Positions 1 to 10,588 of a stretch of 64,000 nucleotides of DNA are shown in pieces (position 1 is the stretch's first letter; each line of letters begins with the position of its first letter). A program made the translations under genes and the position numbers. A model generated the notes under the pieces. It worked only from the letters and a program-made list of their open reading frames with translations. It was not told the origin of the DNA and ran no database searches. The stretch spans positions 15,638 through 79,637 of the forward strand of contig JAIPCZ010000003.1 in the NCBI GenBank assembly GCA_021737975.1, written 5' to 3'. Origin of the DNA: Polaromonas sp. GTDB lineage: Bacteria > Pseudomonadota > Gammaproteobacteria > Burkholderiales > Burkholderiaceae_C.

Positions 1-1059
<1,059 letters not shown>

Positions 1060-1099
1060 GCGCGACAGCCCAGAATTAATTCTCATCAGGAGACATCCC

Positions 1100-1882
1100 A
1101 TGCCCAAATTTTCTGCCAATCTCAGCATGCTCTTTACCGAGCTGCCCTTCCTGGACCGATTCGAGGCGGCCGCCCGTGCCAATTTCAAGGCGGTCGAGTT
1201 CTTGTTTCCCTATGCCTTTCCGGCCAGCGAAATTCGCAAGCGCCTTGACGATAACGGCCTGGCGCTGGTGTTGCACAACCTGCCGGCGGGTGATTGGGAG
1301 GCTGGCGAACGCGGCATCGCCTGCGACCCCAGCCGTAGCGAGGAGTTTCGCGCCGGACTTGCCCGGGCCATTGAGTACGCCCAGGCCCTGGGCGTCGGGC
1401 AACTCAACTGCCTCGCTGGCAAGGCACCGGCCGGTGTCGCCCCGGAGGCCCTGCGCGAGACCTTCGTGAGCAACGTCTCCAGGGCCGCCGTGGCTTTGAA
1501 ATCGGCGGGCCTGCGTTTGCTGATCGAGCCCATCAACACCTATGACATCCCGGGCTTCTACCTGAACCGCACGGACCAGGCCATCGCGATCCTGGACGCC
1601 GTGGGCGCCGACAACGCGTTTGTGCAGTACGACATCTACCACGCGCAGCGCATGGAGGGCGAACTGGCGGCCACGATGCAAAAGTACCTGCCTCGCATCG
1701 GGCACATTCAGTTGGCCGACAACCCGGGCCGCAACGAGCCTGGCACGGGCGAGATCAATTACCCGTTCCTGTTTGCCCACCTCGACCGCATCGGTTACCA
1801 GGGCTGGATCGGCTGTGAATACAAGCCCGCCACCACCACCGAAGCCGGCCTGGGCTGGCTGCAGCGGCTCGCCACGGCCTGA
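1100..1882 (+). CDS. hyi: Hydroxypyruvate isomerase
   Basis: MPKFSANLSMLFTE, EPIN, QYDIYHAQ, HIQLADNPGRNEPGTGEIN; AGGAG ribosome-binding site before ATG 1100. Confidence 0.95.
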   Translation: MPKFSANLSMLFTELPFLDRFEAAARANFKAVEFLFPYAFPASEIRKRLDDNGLALVLHNLPAGDWEAGERGIACDPSRSEEFRAGLARAIEYAQALGVGQLNCLAGKAPAGVAPEALRETFVSNVSRAAVALKSAGLRLLIEPINTYDIPGFYLNRTDQAIAILDAVGADNAFVQYDIYHAQRMEGELAATMQKYLPRIGHIQLADNPGRNEPGTGEINYPFLFAHLDRIGYQGWIGCEYKPATTTEAGLGWLQRLATA

Positions 1883-1920
1883 GCCTGAACTGATTCAATC
1901 CAAACTTGCAAGGAACCATC

Positions 1921-2826
1921 ATGACTTCAACGTCCGTCAAAATCGGCTTCATCGGCCTGGGCATCATGGGCGCCCCCATGGCAGGCCACCTCATCAGCGC
2001 AGGGCACGAACTCTTTGTCTACACCCGGGGCAAGATGCCCGAGGCCATTGCCAACAGCAAGGCCACCCCGTGCGCCAGCAGCCGTGAAGTGGCACAAAAC
2101 GCCGACATCATCTTCATGATGGTGCCCGACACCCCGGATGTCGGGGATGTGCTCTTTGGCGAAAGCGGCGTTGCCGCGGGACTGAGCGCGGGCAAGACCG
2201 TGGTGGACATGAGCTCGGTGTCGCCGATTGCCACGAAGGTGTTTGCGCAAAGGATCAATGCCCTGGGCTGCGACTACCTCGACGCACCGGTTTCGGGGGG
2301 GCAGGTGGGCGCCAGGAATGCCACGCTGTCGATCATGGTGGGCGGTCCCGAAGCCACGTTCGAGAAGGTCAGGCCGCTGTTCGAACTGATGGGCAAGAAC
2401 ATCACCCTGGTGGGTGGCAACGGCGACGGCCAGACCGCCAAGGTGGCCAACCAGATCATCGTGGCGCTGAACATCGAGGCGGTGGCCGAGGCACTGCTGT
2501 TTGCAGCCAAGGCCGGCGCCGACCCGGCGCGTGTGCGCCAGGCCCTGATGGGCGGCTTTGCCTCGTCGAAAATTCTTGAGGTGCACGGCGAGCGCATGGT
2601 CAAGCGCACGTTTGATCCGGGGTTTCGCATTGAACTGCACCAGAAAGACCTCAACCTGGCGCTGTCGAGTGCCCGCGCCCTCGGGGTCTCGCTGCCCAAC
2701 ACGGCCACGGCGCAGGAGTTGTTCAATTCCTGCGTCGCCCATGGCGGCAAGGCCTGGGACCACTCGGCGATGGTGCGCGCCCTGGAGAAGATGGCGAATT
2801 TCGAGATCGGTCAGAAGGCCTCCTGA
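1921..2826 (+). CDS. glxR: 2-hydroxy-3-oxopropionate (tartronate semialdehyde) reductase
   Basis: GFIGLGIMGAPMA Rossmann motif, DAPVSGG, KVANQIIVA, FDPGFRIELHQKDL; gcl operon context. Confidence 0.93.
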   Translation: MTSTSVKIGFIGLGIMGAPMAGHLISAGHELFVYTRGKMPEAIANSKATPCASSREVAQNADIIFMMVPDTPDVGDVLFGESGVAAGLSAGKTVVDMSSVSPIATKVFAQRINALGCDYLDAPVSGGQVGARNATLSIMVGGPEATFEKVRPLFELMGKNITLVGGNGDGQTAKVANQIIVALNIEAVAEALLFAAKAGADPARVRQALMGGFASSKILEVHGERMVKRTFDPGFRIELHQKDLNLALSSARALGVSLPNTATAQELFNSCVAHGGKAWDHSAMVRALEKMANFEIGQKAS

Positions 2827-2849
2827 AGCGTTGGCAGCCGAGCCCCGTC

Positions 2850-4157
2850 ATGAACAAGCCCATCAGCCCCAGCGCATCGGCGGACCTGCTTTGCCGCATG
2901 TTCGATGCTGCCATCGCCAGTGCGCAGCCCGCGCTCTGTATTCCGGCCCACCTGCCGGCCCCTCCCGCCGGACGGCTCATCGTGATTGGTGCGGGCAAGG
3001 CTTCGGCCGCCATGGCGCAGGCTGTGGAAACCCATTGGAAGGGCCCAAAATCCCAGCTCGGCGGCCTGGTGGTCACCCGTTATGGCTATGCCATGTCGTG
3101 TGCGCACATCGAGATCGTCGAGGCATCCCATCCGGTGCCCGACGCGGCCGGCCTGGCTGCCGCCGAGCGCATGCTCAAGCTCGTGTCGGGTCTGCACGAG
3201 GACGATCTGGTGCTGTGCCTGATATCCGGGGGTGGCTCGTCGCTGCTGCCCTTGCCAGCCGAGGGCCTGAGCCTGGAGGACAAAATGGCGCTCAACCGCG
3301 CGTTGCTCAAGTCGGGCGCCACCATCAGCGAGATGAACTGCGTGCGCCGCCACCTCTCTGGCATCAAGGGTGGCCGACTCGCCGCAGCCTGCTATCCGGC
3401 GCGGGTGCTGACCCTGCTGATTTCCGACGTGCCGGGCGACGCCCCCATCAACATTGCCTCGGGCCCGACCGCGGCCGACCCAACGACCTGTGCCGACGCG
3501 CTGGCCATCGTGCGGCGTTACGGCATCACGCTGCCGCCGGCCGCGCTGGCACACCTCACCAGTGGCTCGGGCGAGTCCGTCAAGCCCGGCGACCCGCGCC
3601 TGGCACGCGCGCAAGTTCGCATCATTGCCACACCGCAGCAGGCGCTTGAAGCGGCCGCCCGGGTGGCCTGCGAGGCCGGTCTGGCCGCCCATGTTCTGGG
3701 CGATGCGCTGGAAGGCGAGGCGCGCGACGTGGGCAAGGTGCTGGCCGGCATCGCCTTGCAGGTGGCTGAGCGCGGCCAACCGTTCACCGCGCCCTGCGTG
3801 CTCTTGTCGGGCGGCGAAACCACGGTCACCGTGCGCGGCAACGGGCGCGGCGGGCGCAACGTGGAATGCCTGCTGGCCATGGGCCTGGCGCTGAACGGCC
3901 ACCCGCGCATTCACGCCCTGGCCGGTGACACCGACGGGGTCGACGGCCAGGAGGAAATCGCCGGCGCGCTGCTGGCGCCTGACTCGCTGGCGCGCGCCTG
4001 GACCCTGGGCCGCAAGCCCCAGGACGACCTTTCGAACAACGACGGCCACGTCTTCTTCGGCTCGCTTGGCGACTCGGTGATCACCGGACCGACCCTGACC
4101 AATGTCAACGACTTTCGCGCCATCCTGATCGAGGCCGAGTCAACACCAGCGAGTTAA
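2850..4157 (+). CDS. Glycerate 2-kinase (TtuD/MOFRL family)
   Basis: IGAGKASAAMA, LISGGGSSLL, SGGETTV, GRGGRN, TDGVDG, TGPTLTNVNDFR. Confidence 0.9.
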   Translation: MNKPISPSASADLLCRMFDAAIASAQPALCIPAHLPAPPAGRLIVIGAGKASAAMAQAVETHWKGPKSQLGGLVVTRYGYAMSCAHIEIVEASHPVPDAAGLAAAERMLKLVSGLHEDDLVLCLISGGGSSLLPLPAEGLSLEDKMALNRALLKSGATISEMNCVRRHLSGIKGGRLAAACYPARVLTLLISDVPGDAPINIASGPTAADPTTCADALAIVRRYGITLPPAALAHLTSGSGESVKPGDPRLARAQVRIIATPQQALEAAARVACEAGLAAHVLGDALEGEARDVGKVLAGIALQVAERGQPFTAPCVLLSGGETTVTVRGNGRGGRNVECLLAMGLALNGHPRIHALAGDTDGVDGQEEIAGALLAPDSLARAWTLGRKPQDDLSNNDGHVFFGSLGDSVITGPTLTNVNDFRAILIEAESTPAS

Positions 4158-4159
4158 GC

Positions 4160-4887
4160 ATGCGCAGAACCAGAAATGCCAAGATTGTGGCGACCTTGGG
4201 GCCGGCCAGTTCCGCCCGGGAAGCCGTGCACAGCCTGTTCCTTGCCGGGGTCGATGTCTTCAGGCTCACTTTCAGTCACGGCAGCGCCGCTGACCACCGG
4301 GCACGCTTCTCCATGCTGCGCGAACTGGAGCCGGAAATCGGACGCCCGATCGGCATTCTGGTCGACCTGCAAGGCCCCAAGCGACAGCCCGGTGCCCACT
4401 CGCGCCGAGGCCTCCGATGTGGCCACCGCGATCTACGACGGGGCTGACGCGGTGATGCTGTCTGCCGAGTCGGCCTCGGGCAAATATCCGCTGGCCGCGG
4501 TCGACATGATGAACCGCATCATCGGGCAAGTCGAAGCCGACCCGTCGTACCGGCAATTGATCGAAGCCTCCCACACGCTGGCGCTGCCTGGCCAGGTGGA
4601 CACGGCTGAGGCCGTGTGCTGCGCCATGCGCCGCGCGTGAGCGGCCCGAGGCTCCGATCCTGAGTCTGACGCCGCACATCGCAACCGCCCGGCGCATGGC
4701 ACTGGCCTGGGGCGTGCATTCGGTTCACATCGCCGACGTGGCGGATGTGCGCCAGATGACGGCCATGGCCTGCGCCGTGGCCGAGCGCGAACACTTTGCC
4801 ACCGCCGGCCAGACCATCGTCGCCATTGCCGGCATGCCCTTTGGCGAGTCTGGCACGACCAACCTGCTGCGCATCGCCACCGTGTGA
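4160..4887 (+). pseudogene. pyk: Pyruvate kinase pseudogene with two internal deletions and frameshifts
   Basis: Three fragments in changing frames: [10 protein letters not shown]...DLQGPK, then [23 protein letters not shown], then [13 protein letters not shown]...AGMPFGESGTTNLLRI; the central part of the enzyme is missing. Confidence 0.9.
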
Positions 4888-4939
4888 GCGCCAGGCCCGC
4901 ATTCACCCGCAATCTCGAACACCTTTGCCGGAAAAGAAA

Positions 4940-5758
4940 TCACCCCGGCTTATTTATCGTCAGGAATCCCAGCAACGCAGCAAGCATCTCCTCGGGCGTT
5001 TCGTTCATTTGCTGGTGTCCGCCAGGCAAATAGACCACCCGGGCATCGCGGGCCAGCGCGATGAGGTCCTGCGACGCCTTGGGTGGCGTCATCTGGTCTT
5101 GTTTGCCCAGCACAAACAGCACCGGGCACGTGACCCGGGCCATGGCCTGCAAGCCGTTCTGGTAGCTGTCACAGGCATTGAAGCCGGTGTGGAACAGGTT
5201 GGTCCTTGAATTGCTCGCAATGACGCGGCGACCCAGGGCCATGGATGCGCCATACACCCAGGTGCCCGGCCCCAGGGCGGAGGGCGGTGGCGCCAGCGTG
5301 GAACGGGAAAACACGTTGACCATCGCGAGTGCCTTCATCGGGGCACTGACCGAAGCCTCCAGCAGGGCAGGGGACACGCGCATGGGGAAGGCGACGCCGA
5401 CCAGCACCAATTGGCTGATGCGCTGGGGTGCTTTTGATGCCGTCTCCAGCGCGATGAGCGAGCCAAAGCTGTGGCCGACCAGCGCGGCTTGCTGCAAGCC
5501 CGCGGCGTCCATGAGGGCCAGCACGAAATCGGCGGCGGCTTCAACGGTGGCGGGTGGCTCGCCGCCGCTCCGGCAGTGGCCGGGCATGTCAACGGCCAGC
5601 ACGTTCCAGCCGTGGTGCGCCAGGTAGCGCGTCTGCAAAATCCAGACACTGTGGTCATTGAGCACGCCGTGGATGAAGATGGCGGTGGGCCGGGCGGCAT
5701 CAAAGGGCTTGCCGCCGGTGTAGCAGTAGATGCCTTGGCCGTTGACGGTGATCTTCAT
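4940..5758 (-). CDS. Alpha/beta hydrolase
   Basis: FIHG, DMPGH, GHSFG nucleophile elbow, C-terminal GGH; overlaps the metY stop codon. Confidence 0.88.
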   Translation of the reverse strand: MKITVNGQGIYCYTGGKPFDAARPTAIFIHGVLNDHSVWILQTRYLAHHGWNVLAVDMPGHCRSGGEPPATVEAAADFVLALMDAAGLQQAALVGHSFGSLIALETASKAPQRISQLVLVGVAFPMRVSPALLEASVSAPMKALAMVNVFSRSTLAPPPSALGPGTWVYGASMALGRRVIASNSRTNLFHTGFNACDSYQNGLQAMARVTCPVLFVLGKQDQMTPPKASQDLIALARDARVVYLPGGHQQMNETPEEMLAALLGFLTINKPG

Positions 5759-7053
5759 GCTGCTTTCTCCGCCGCCTTCAGGGCGCGCTTGAGGTCGTCG
5801 ATCAGATCATCCGGGTCTTCCAAGCCGATGCTCAGGCGGATCGTGCCCTGGGTGATGCCGCCCGCGGCCAGGGCCGCGTCGTCCATGCGGAAGTGTGTGG
5901 TGCTGGCCGGGTGAATCACCAGGCTGCGGCAGTCGCCCACATTGGCCAGGTGGCTGAACAACTTGAGGCTTTCCACAAAGGCCTTGCCCTGCGCTCGGCT
6001 GCCCTTGAGGTCGAAACTGAAAACCGAGCCTGCGCCGCGCGGCAGCAACAACTGCGCCAGCGCGTGACTGGGGTGGCTCTCCAGCATGGGGTGGCCGACT
6101 CGCGCCACAGAGGGCTGGCTGGCCAGGAATTCGACCACGCGCTGGGTGTTGCTGATGTGGCGTGCCATGCGCAGCGGCAGGGTTTCCATGCCCTGCAAAA
6201 TGAGCCAGGCCGAGTGAGGGCTAAGGCAGGCGCCAAAGTCGCGCAGGCCTTGACGCCGCGCCCGCAACAAAAATGCGCCGACAGTGGACTCTTCCGAAAA
6301 CACCATGTTGTGGAAACCGTCGTAGGGCTGGCAAAGCTCGGGGAACCGGCCCGAGGCGTCCCAGTCAAAACTGCCGCCGTCGACCACCAGCCCGCCGATC
6401 ACCGTGCCGTGCCCGCTGAGGAACTTGGTGGCCGAGTGGTAGACCAGGTCGGCACCGTGCTCAAACGGTTTCATGAGCCAGGGCGTGGTCAGGGTCGAGT
6501 CGACCAGCAGCGGCACACCGGCCTCATGGGCAATCGCCGAGACTGTGGGGATGTCCAGCACGTCGAGGCCGGGATTGCCGACGGTTTCGCCAAAAAATAA
6601 TTTGGTGTTGGGACGCACCGCGGCGCGCCAGCCGTCGATGTCGCCGGGCTTGACAAAAGTTGTCTCGATGCCGAAGCGGCGCAGCGTGTAGTGCAGCAGG
6701 TTCTGGCTCCCGCCATACAGCGCGGTGCTGGCCACAATGTGGCTGCCCGCGCCCATCAGCGTGGCAATGCTCAGGTGCAGCGCGGCCTGGCCGCTGGCCA
6801 CGGAAATCGCGCCAATGCCGCCTTCCAGGGCGCTGATGCGCTGCTCCAGCACCGCATTGGTCGGGTTGCTGATGCGGCTGTAGACATGGCCGGCGCGCTC
6901 CAGGTTGAACAGTGACTGGGCATGGTCGCTGGACTCGAACACGAACGAGGTGGTGAGGTAAATGGGCACGGCGCGGGCGCCGGTGGCGGGGTCGGGCGCC
7001 GCGCCCGCATGCAGGGCGAGGGTGTCAAAACCTGGGTCGGAATAACCGGGCAT
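5755..7053 (-). CDS. metY: O-acetylhomoserine aminocarboxypropyltransferase (Cys/Met metabolism PLP enzyme)
   Basis: YSRISNPT, HSATKFLSGHG (PLP lysine), HLANVGD, IHPASTTH, IRLSIGLE. Confidence 0.88.
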   Translation of the reverse strand: MPGYSDPGFDTLALHAGAAPDPATGARAVPIYLTTSFVFESSDHAQSLFNLERAGHVYSRISNPTNAVLEQRISALEGGIGAISVASGQAALHLSIATLMGAGSHIVASTALYGGSQNLLHYTLRRFGIETTFVKPGDIDGWRAAVRPNTKLFFGETVGNPGLDVLDIPTVSAIAHEAGVPLLVDSTLTTPWLMKPFEHGADLVYHSATKFLSGHGTVIGGLVVDGGSFDWDASGRFPELCQPYDGFHNMVFSEESTVGAFLLRARRQGLRDFGACLSPHSAWLILQGMETLPLRMARHISNTQRVVEFLASQPSVARVGHPMLESHPSHALAQLLLPRGAGSVFSFDLKGSRAQGKAFVESLKLFSHLANVGDCRSLVIHPASTTHFRMDDAALAAGGITQGTIRLSIGLEDPDDLIDDLKRALKAAEKAA

Positions 7054-7208
7054 GGGTGCCTTTCGGGGTAAACAAGTGGTTTGCAATGACTATTTTTGAA
7101 CAATTAGCCGCAAGCTGATGGAAATCACTGATGGAGACGGCTGAATTGTGGGCTATATTTCGTTTTACTGAATAGGGCATTTGTGACCCATCCAATACGA
7201 GGAGCACC

Positions 7209-7673
7209 ATGAAAGTCAGTGATATCTTGCGCATCAAGGGTGGCACGCTGTTTACCGCCGCTCCGGACGAACTTCTGCTGAGCGCTCTCAAATTGATGGT
7301 TGAGAGGGATATTGGCTCACTGGTGGTGATGGAGCATGGCGAGTTGGTGGGCATGCTCACCGTGCGTGAATTGACCCAGGTGTTGGTCAAAATGGGTGGT
7401 GTGATCGACAAGACCATTGTGCGCACGGCCATGGACGACTCGCCGGTAACCTGCACCACCGAGACCGACATGGACGAAGTGCGCCGCATGATGCTGGACC
7501 GCCATGCCCGCTACATGCCGGTCATGAACAAAAAGATGCTCATGGGTGTGATCAGCTTTCACGATGTGGCCCGCGCCGTGGTGGACAGCCAAAACTTCGA
7601 GAACAAGATGCTCAAGGCCTATATCCACGACTGGCCCGAAGGCCAGGAGCCGACCGACGCGCACAAGCTGTAA
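7209..7673 (+). CDS. CBS-domain pair protein
   Basis: MKVSDILRIKG, IGSLVV, GMLT.RE, GVISFHDV; GAGGAG ribosome-binding site. Confidence 0.88.
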   Translation: MKVSDILRIKGGTLFTAAPDELLLSALKLMVERDIGSLVVMEHGELVGMLTVRELTQVLVKMGGVIDKTIVRTAMDDSPVTCTTETDMDEVRRMMLDRHARYMPVMNKKMLMGVISFHDVARAVVDSQNFENKMLKAYIHDWPEGQEPTDAHKL

Positions 7674-7725
7674 TTCTTGCGTTGATGCGCCCACGTGTGG
7701 GCACGCTCTGGGATAATCGCGCCCC

Positions 7726-8826
7726 ATGAGCGGCAATACCTTTGGAAATCTTTTCGCAGTCACCAACTTTGGTGAATCCCACGGCCCGGCCATTGGCTGC
7801 GTGATCGACGGCTGCCCGCCGGGACTCATGCTGTCCGAGGCTGACATTCAGCCCGACCTGGACCGGCGCCGGCCGGGCACCAGCAAGTTCGTGACACAGC
7901 GCGACGAACCCGATGCGGTCGAGATCCTGTCGGGCGTGTACGAGGGCAAAACCACCGGCACACCGATTTGCCTGCTGATCAAGAACACCGACCAGCGCAG
8001 CAAGGACTACGGCAACATTGTTCAAACCTTTCGCCCGGGCCATGCGGACTACAGCTACTTCCAGAAATACGGCATTCGCGACCCGCGCGGCGGTGGCCGC
8101 TCCAGCGCGCGTTTGACGGCGCCCATGGTGGCCGCCGGTGCGGTGGCAAAGAAGTGGCTGTTCGAGAAATACGGCACGGTGTTTCGCGGCTGCATGACCC
8201 AAATTGGCGAACTGCCGATTGCCTTCGAGTCCTGGGAGCACGTGCCGAAAAACCCGTTTTTTGCGCCGGTGGCCGATGTCTCCGCGCTCGAAGCCTACAT
8301 GAATGCCTTGCGCAAGGATGGCGACTCCTGCGGTGCGCGCCTGCGTGTGTCGGCATCGAACGTTCCGGTGGGCCTGGGTGAGCCTCTGTTCGACAAGATG
8401 GACGCCGACATTGCCTACGCGATGATGGGCGTCAACGCCGTCAAGGGCGTGGAAATTGGCGCCGGTTTTGCCAGCGTGGCGCAGCGTGGCAGCAGCCATG
8501 GCGACTCGCTGACACCGCGGGGTTTCATGGGCAACAACGCCGGTGGCGTGCTCGGCGGCATCACGAGCGGGCAGGACCTGGAGGTGTCGGTGGCGATCAA
8601 GCCGACCAGTTCCATCCTGACGCCGCGCGCCTCGATCGACATGACGGGCCAGCCCACCGAGGTGGTTACCAAGGGCCGCCACGACCCCTGCGTGGGCATT
8701 CGCGCCACCCCCATCCTGGAAGCCATGCTGGCGCTGGTGGTGATGGAGCACGCTTTGCGCCGGCGCGCCCAGTGCGGCGATGTGCGGCCAGCGCTGGCGC
8801 CTATTGCAGCGCATTACGCGCCATGA
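7726..8826 (+). CDS. aroC: Chorismate synthase
   Basis: [38 protein letters not shown]. Confidence 0.97.
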   Translation: MSGNTFGNLFAVTNFGESHGPAIGCVIDGCPPGLMLSEADIQPDLDRRRPGTSKFVTQRDEPDAVEILSGVYEGKTTGTPICLLIKNTDQRSKDYGNIVQTFRPGHADYSYFQKYGIRDPRGGGRSSARLTAPMVAAGAVAKKWLFEKYGTVFRGCMTQIGELPIAFESWEHVPKNPFFAPVADVSALEAYMNALRKDGDSCGARLRVSASNVPVGLGEPLFDKMDADIAYAMMGVNAVKGVEIGAGFASVAQRGSSHGDSLTPRGFMGNNAGGVLGGITSGQDLEVSVAIKPTSSILTPRASIDMTGQPTEVVTKGRHDPCVGIRATPILEAMLALVVMEHALRRRAQCGDVRPALAPIAAHYAP

Positions 8827-10169
8827 AAACCCCTGAATTGTTGGCTCCGGCAGGCTCGCTGGCCATGCTGGAAACGGCACTGGCCTTTGGCGCCACGGCC
8901 ATTTATGCCGGCCAGCCGCGCTACTCCCTGCGCGTGCGCAACAACGACTTCGGCGACATCGACGTGCTCAAGCAGGGTATTGACACGACCCATGCCAGGG
9001 GCGCCAGGTTCTTTCTGGTGTCCAATATTTTTCCGCACGGCAACAAGATCAGGCATTACATCGACAACATGGCGCCGGTGATTGCGCTCAAGCCCGATGC
9101 CATGATCATGTCGGACCCCGGCCTCATCATGATGGTGCGCGAAACCTGGCCCGAGATGGAAATCCATCTGTCGGTGCAGGCCAACACGGTGAATTCCGCC
9201 GCGGTCAGGTTTTGGAAGACCGTGGGCATCCACCGGGTCATCCTCTCGCGCGAGCTGTCGCTGGACCAGGTGGCCGAAATACGCCAGGCTTGTCCCGACA
9301 CCGAGCTCGAGGTGTTTGTGCACGGCGCGCTGTGTATTGCCTATTCGGGCCGCTGCCTGCTGTCCGGCTATTTCAACCACCGCGACGCCAACCAGGGCAG
9401 CTGCACCAACTCCTGCCGCTGGGACTACAAGACGAAAAAGGGCGTGGTCGATGCCTCGGGTGATGTGCTCACCCAGCATGCCGCTGGCACGCGTGAGCAG
9501 GAAGCCATTGAGCGTGCGCCGGAAGCCGATCAGGTTTACATGCTCGAGGAGAGCCAGCGCGAGGGCAGTTACCTGCCGATCGAGGAAGACGAGCACGGCA
9601 CCTATGTGATGAATTCCAAGGACCTGCGCGCCATCGAGCACGTCAAACGGCTTGTCGAAATTGGCGTCGATTCACTCAAGATCGAGGGCCGCACCAAGAG
9701 CCCGTATTACGTGGCGCGCACGGTGCAAAGTTACCGCCGCGCGATTGACGACGCGGCGGCGGGCCGCGAACTCGACCCGGCCCTGCTGGGGCAACTCGAA
9801 GGCCTGGCGAACCGGGGCTATACCAGCGGCTTCTTTCAGCGCCACACCCCTGAGGCCACACAAAATTACCTGCGGGGTTATTCCGAGTCGGGGCGCAGCC
9901 TGTACGTGGGCGACGCCCTGTCATTTGACGCTGACCGCGGCCTGGTCGAGGTGCGTGTCAAGAACCGCTTTGCCGTGGACGACTGGCTCGAGATCATTCA
10001 CCCGGATGGCAATTTTGATGTGCAGATCAGCCGCATCGAAAGCTTGGATGGCAGCGCCGTGGCGGTGGCCCCCGGCAGCGGCCACACGGTCTGGCTGGCC
10101 CTGCCCGAGCGCGCCATGGGTGCGTTTGTGGCGCGTTATGTTCACGCGCCAGAAGCTTCAATGGTGTGA
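8823..10169 (+). CDS. trhP: U32 peptidase-family tRNA hydroxylation protein (YegQ/TrhP)
   Basis: [44 protein letters not shown]. Confidence 0.9.
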   Translation: MKTPELLAPAGSLAMLETALAFGATAIYAGQPRYSLRVRNNDFGDIDVLKQGIDTTHARGARFFLVSNIFPHGNKIRHYIDNMAPVIALKPDAMIMSDPGLIMMVRETWPEMEIHLSVQANTVNSAAVRFWKTVGIHRVILSRELSLDQVAEIRQACPDTELEVFVHGALCIAYSGRCLLSGYFNHRDANQGSCTNSCRWDYKTKKGVVDASGDVLTQHAAGTREQEAIERAPEADQVYMLEESQREGSYLPIEEDEHGTYVMNSKDLRAIEHVKRLVEIGVDSLKIEGRTKSPYYVARTVQSYRRAIDDAAAGRELDPALLGQLEGLANRGYTSGFFQRHTPEATQNYLRGYSESGRSLYVGDALSFDADRGLVEVRVKNRFAVDDWLEIIHPDGNFDVQISRIESLDGSAVAVAPGSGHTVWLALPERAMGAFVARYVHAPEASMV

Positions 10170-10174
10170 CAACG

Positions 10175-10588
10175 ATGATGAGCGAGCCCCTGCATGTGCG
10201 CGAGGACGAGGTGGAACTCAGCGCCATCCGGGCGCAGGGTGCGGGCGGCCAAAACGTCAACAAGGTTTCCAGCGCCATCCATTTGCGCTTTGACATTGCC
10301 GCATCAAGCTTGCCCGATGATGTCAAGGAACGGCTGCTCGCGCTGCACGACAGTCGCATCAGCAAGGACGGTGTGCTGGTGCTCAAGGCGCAGCAGCACC
10401 GCACCCAGGAAATGAACCGCTTTGACGCCCTGATTCGCCTGCATGAGCTCGTCAACAGCGTGGCGAAGCCGCCCAAGATGCGCAAACCCACCAAGCCGAC
10501 GCGTGCCTCGGTCAGGCGGGTGCGCCAGGCCAAAACACAGCGCTCAGAGGTCAAGGCGGCGCGCGGGCGGGTTCAGCATGAAGCCTGA
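10175..10588 (+). CDS. arfB: Alternative ribosome rescue peptidyl-tRNA hydrolase
   Basis: GAGGQNVNKVSSA (GGQ motif) and a basic C-terminal tail. Confidence 0.93.
   Translation: MMSEPLHVREDEVELSAIRAQGAGGQNVNKVSSAIHLRFDIAASSLPDDVKERLLALHDSRISKDGVLVLKAQQHRTQEMNRFDALIRLHELVNSVAKPPKMRKPTKPTRASVRRVRQAKTQRSEVKAARGRVQHEA

Noticed and set aside
4380-4640. Programmed frameshifting in pyk
   Set aside because: Large essential segments are physically missing and no slippery site is seen, so recoding could not restore the enzyme.
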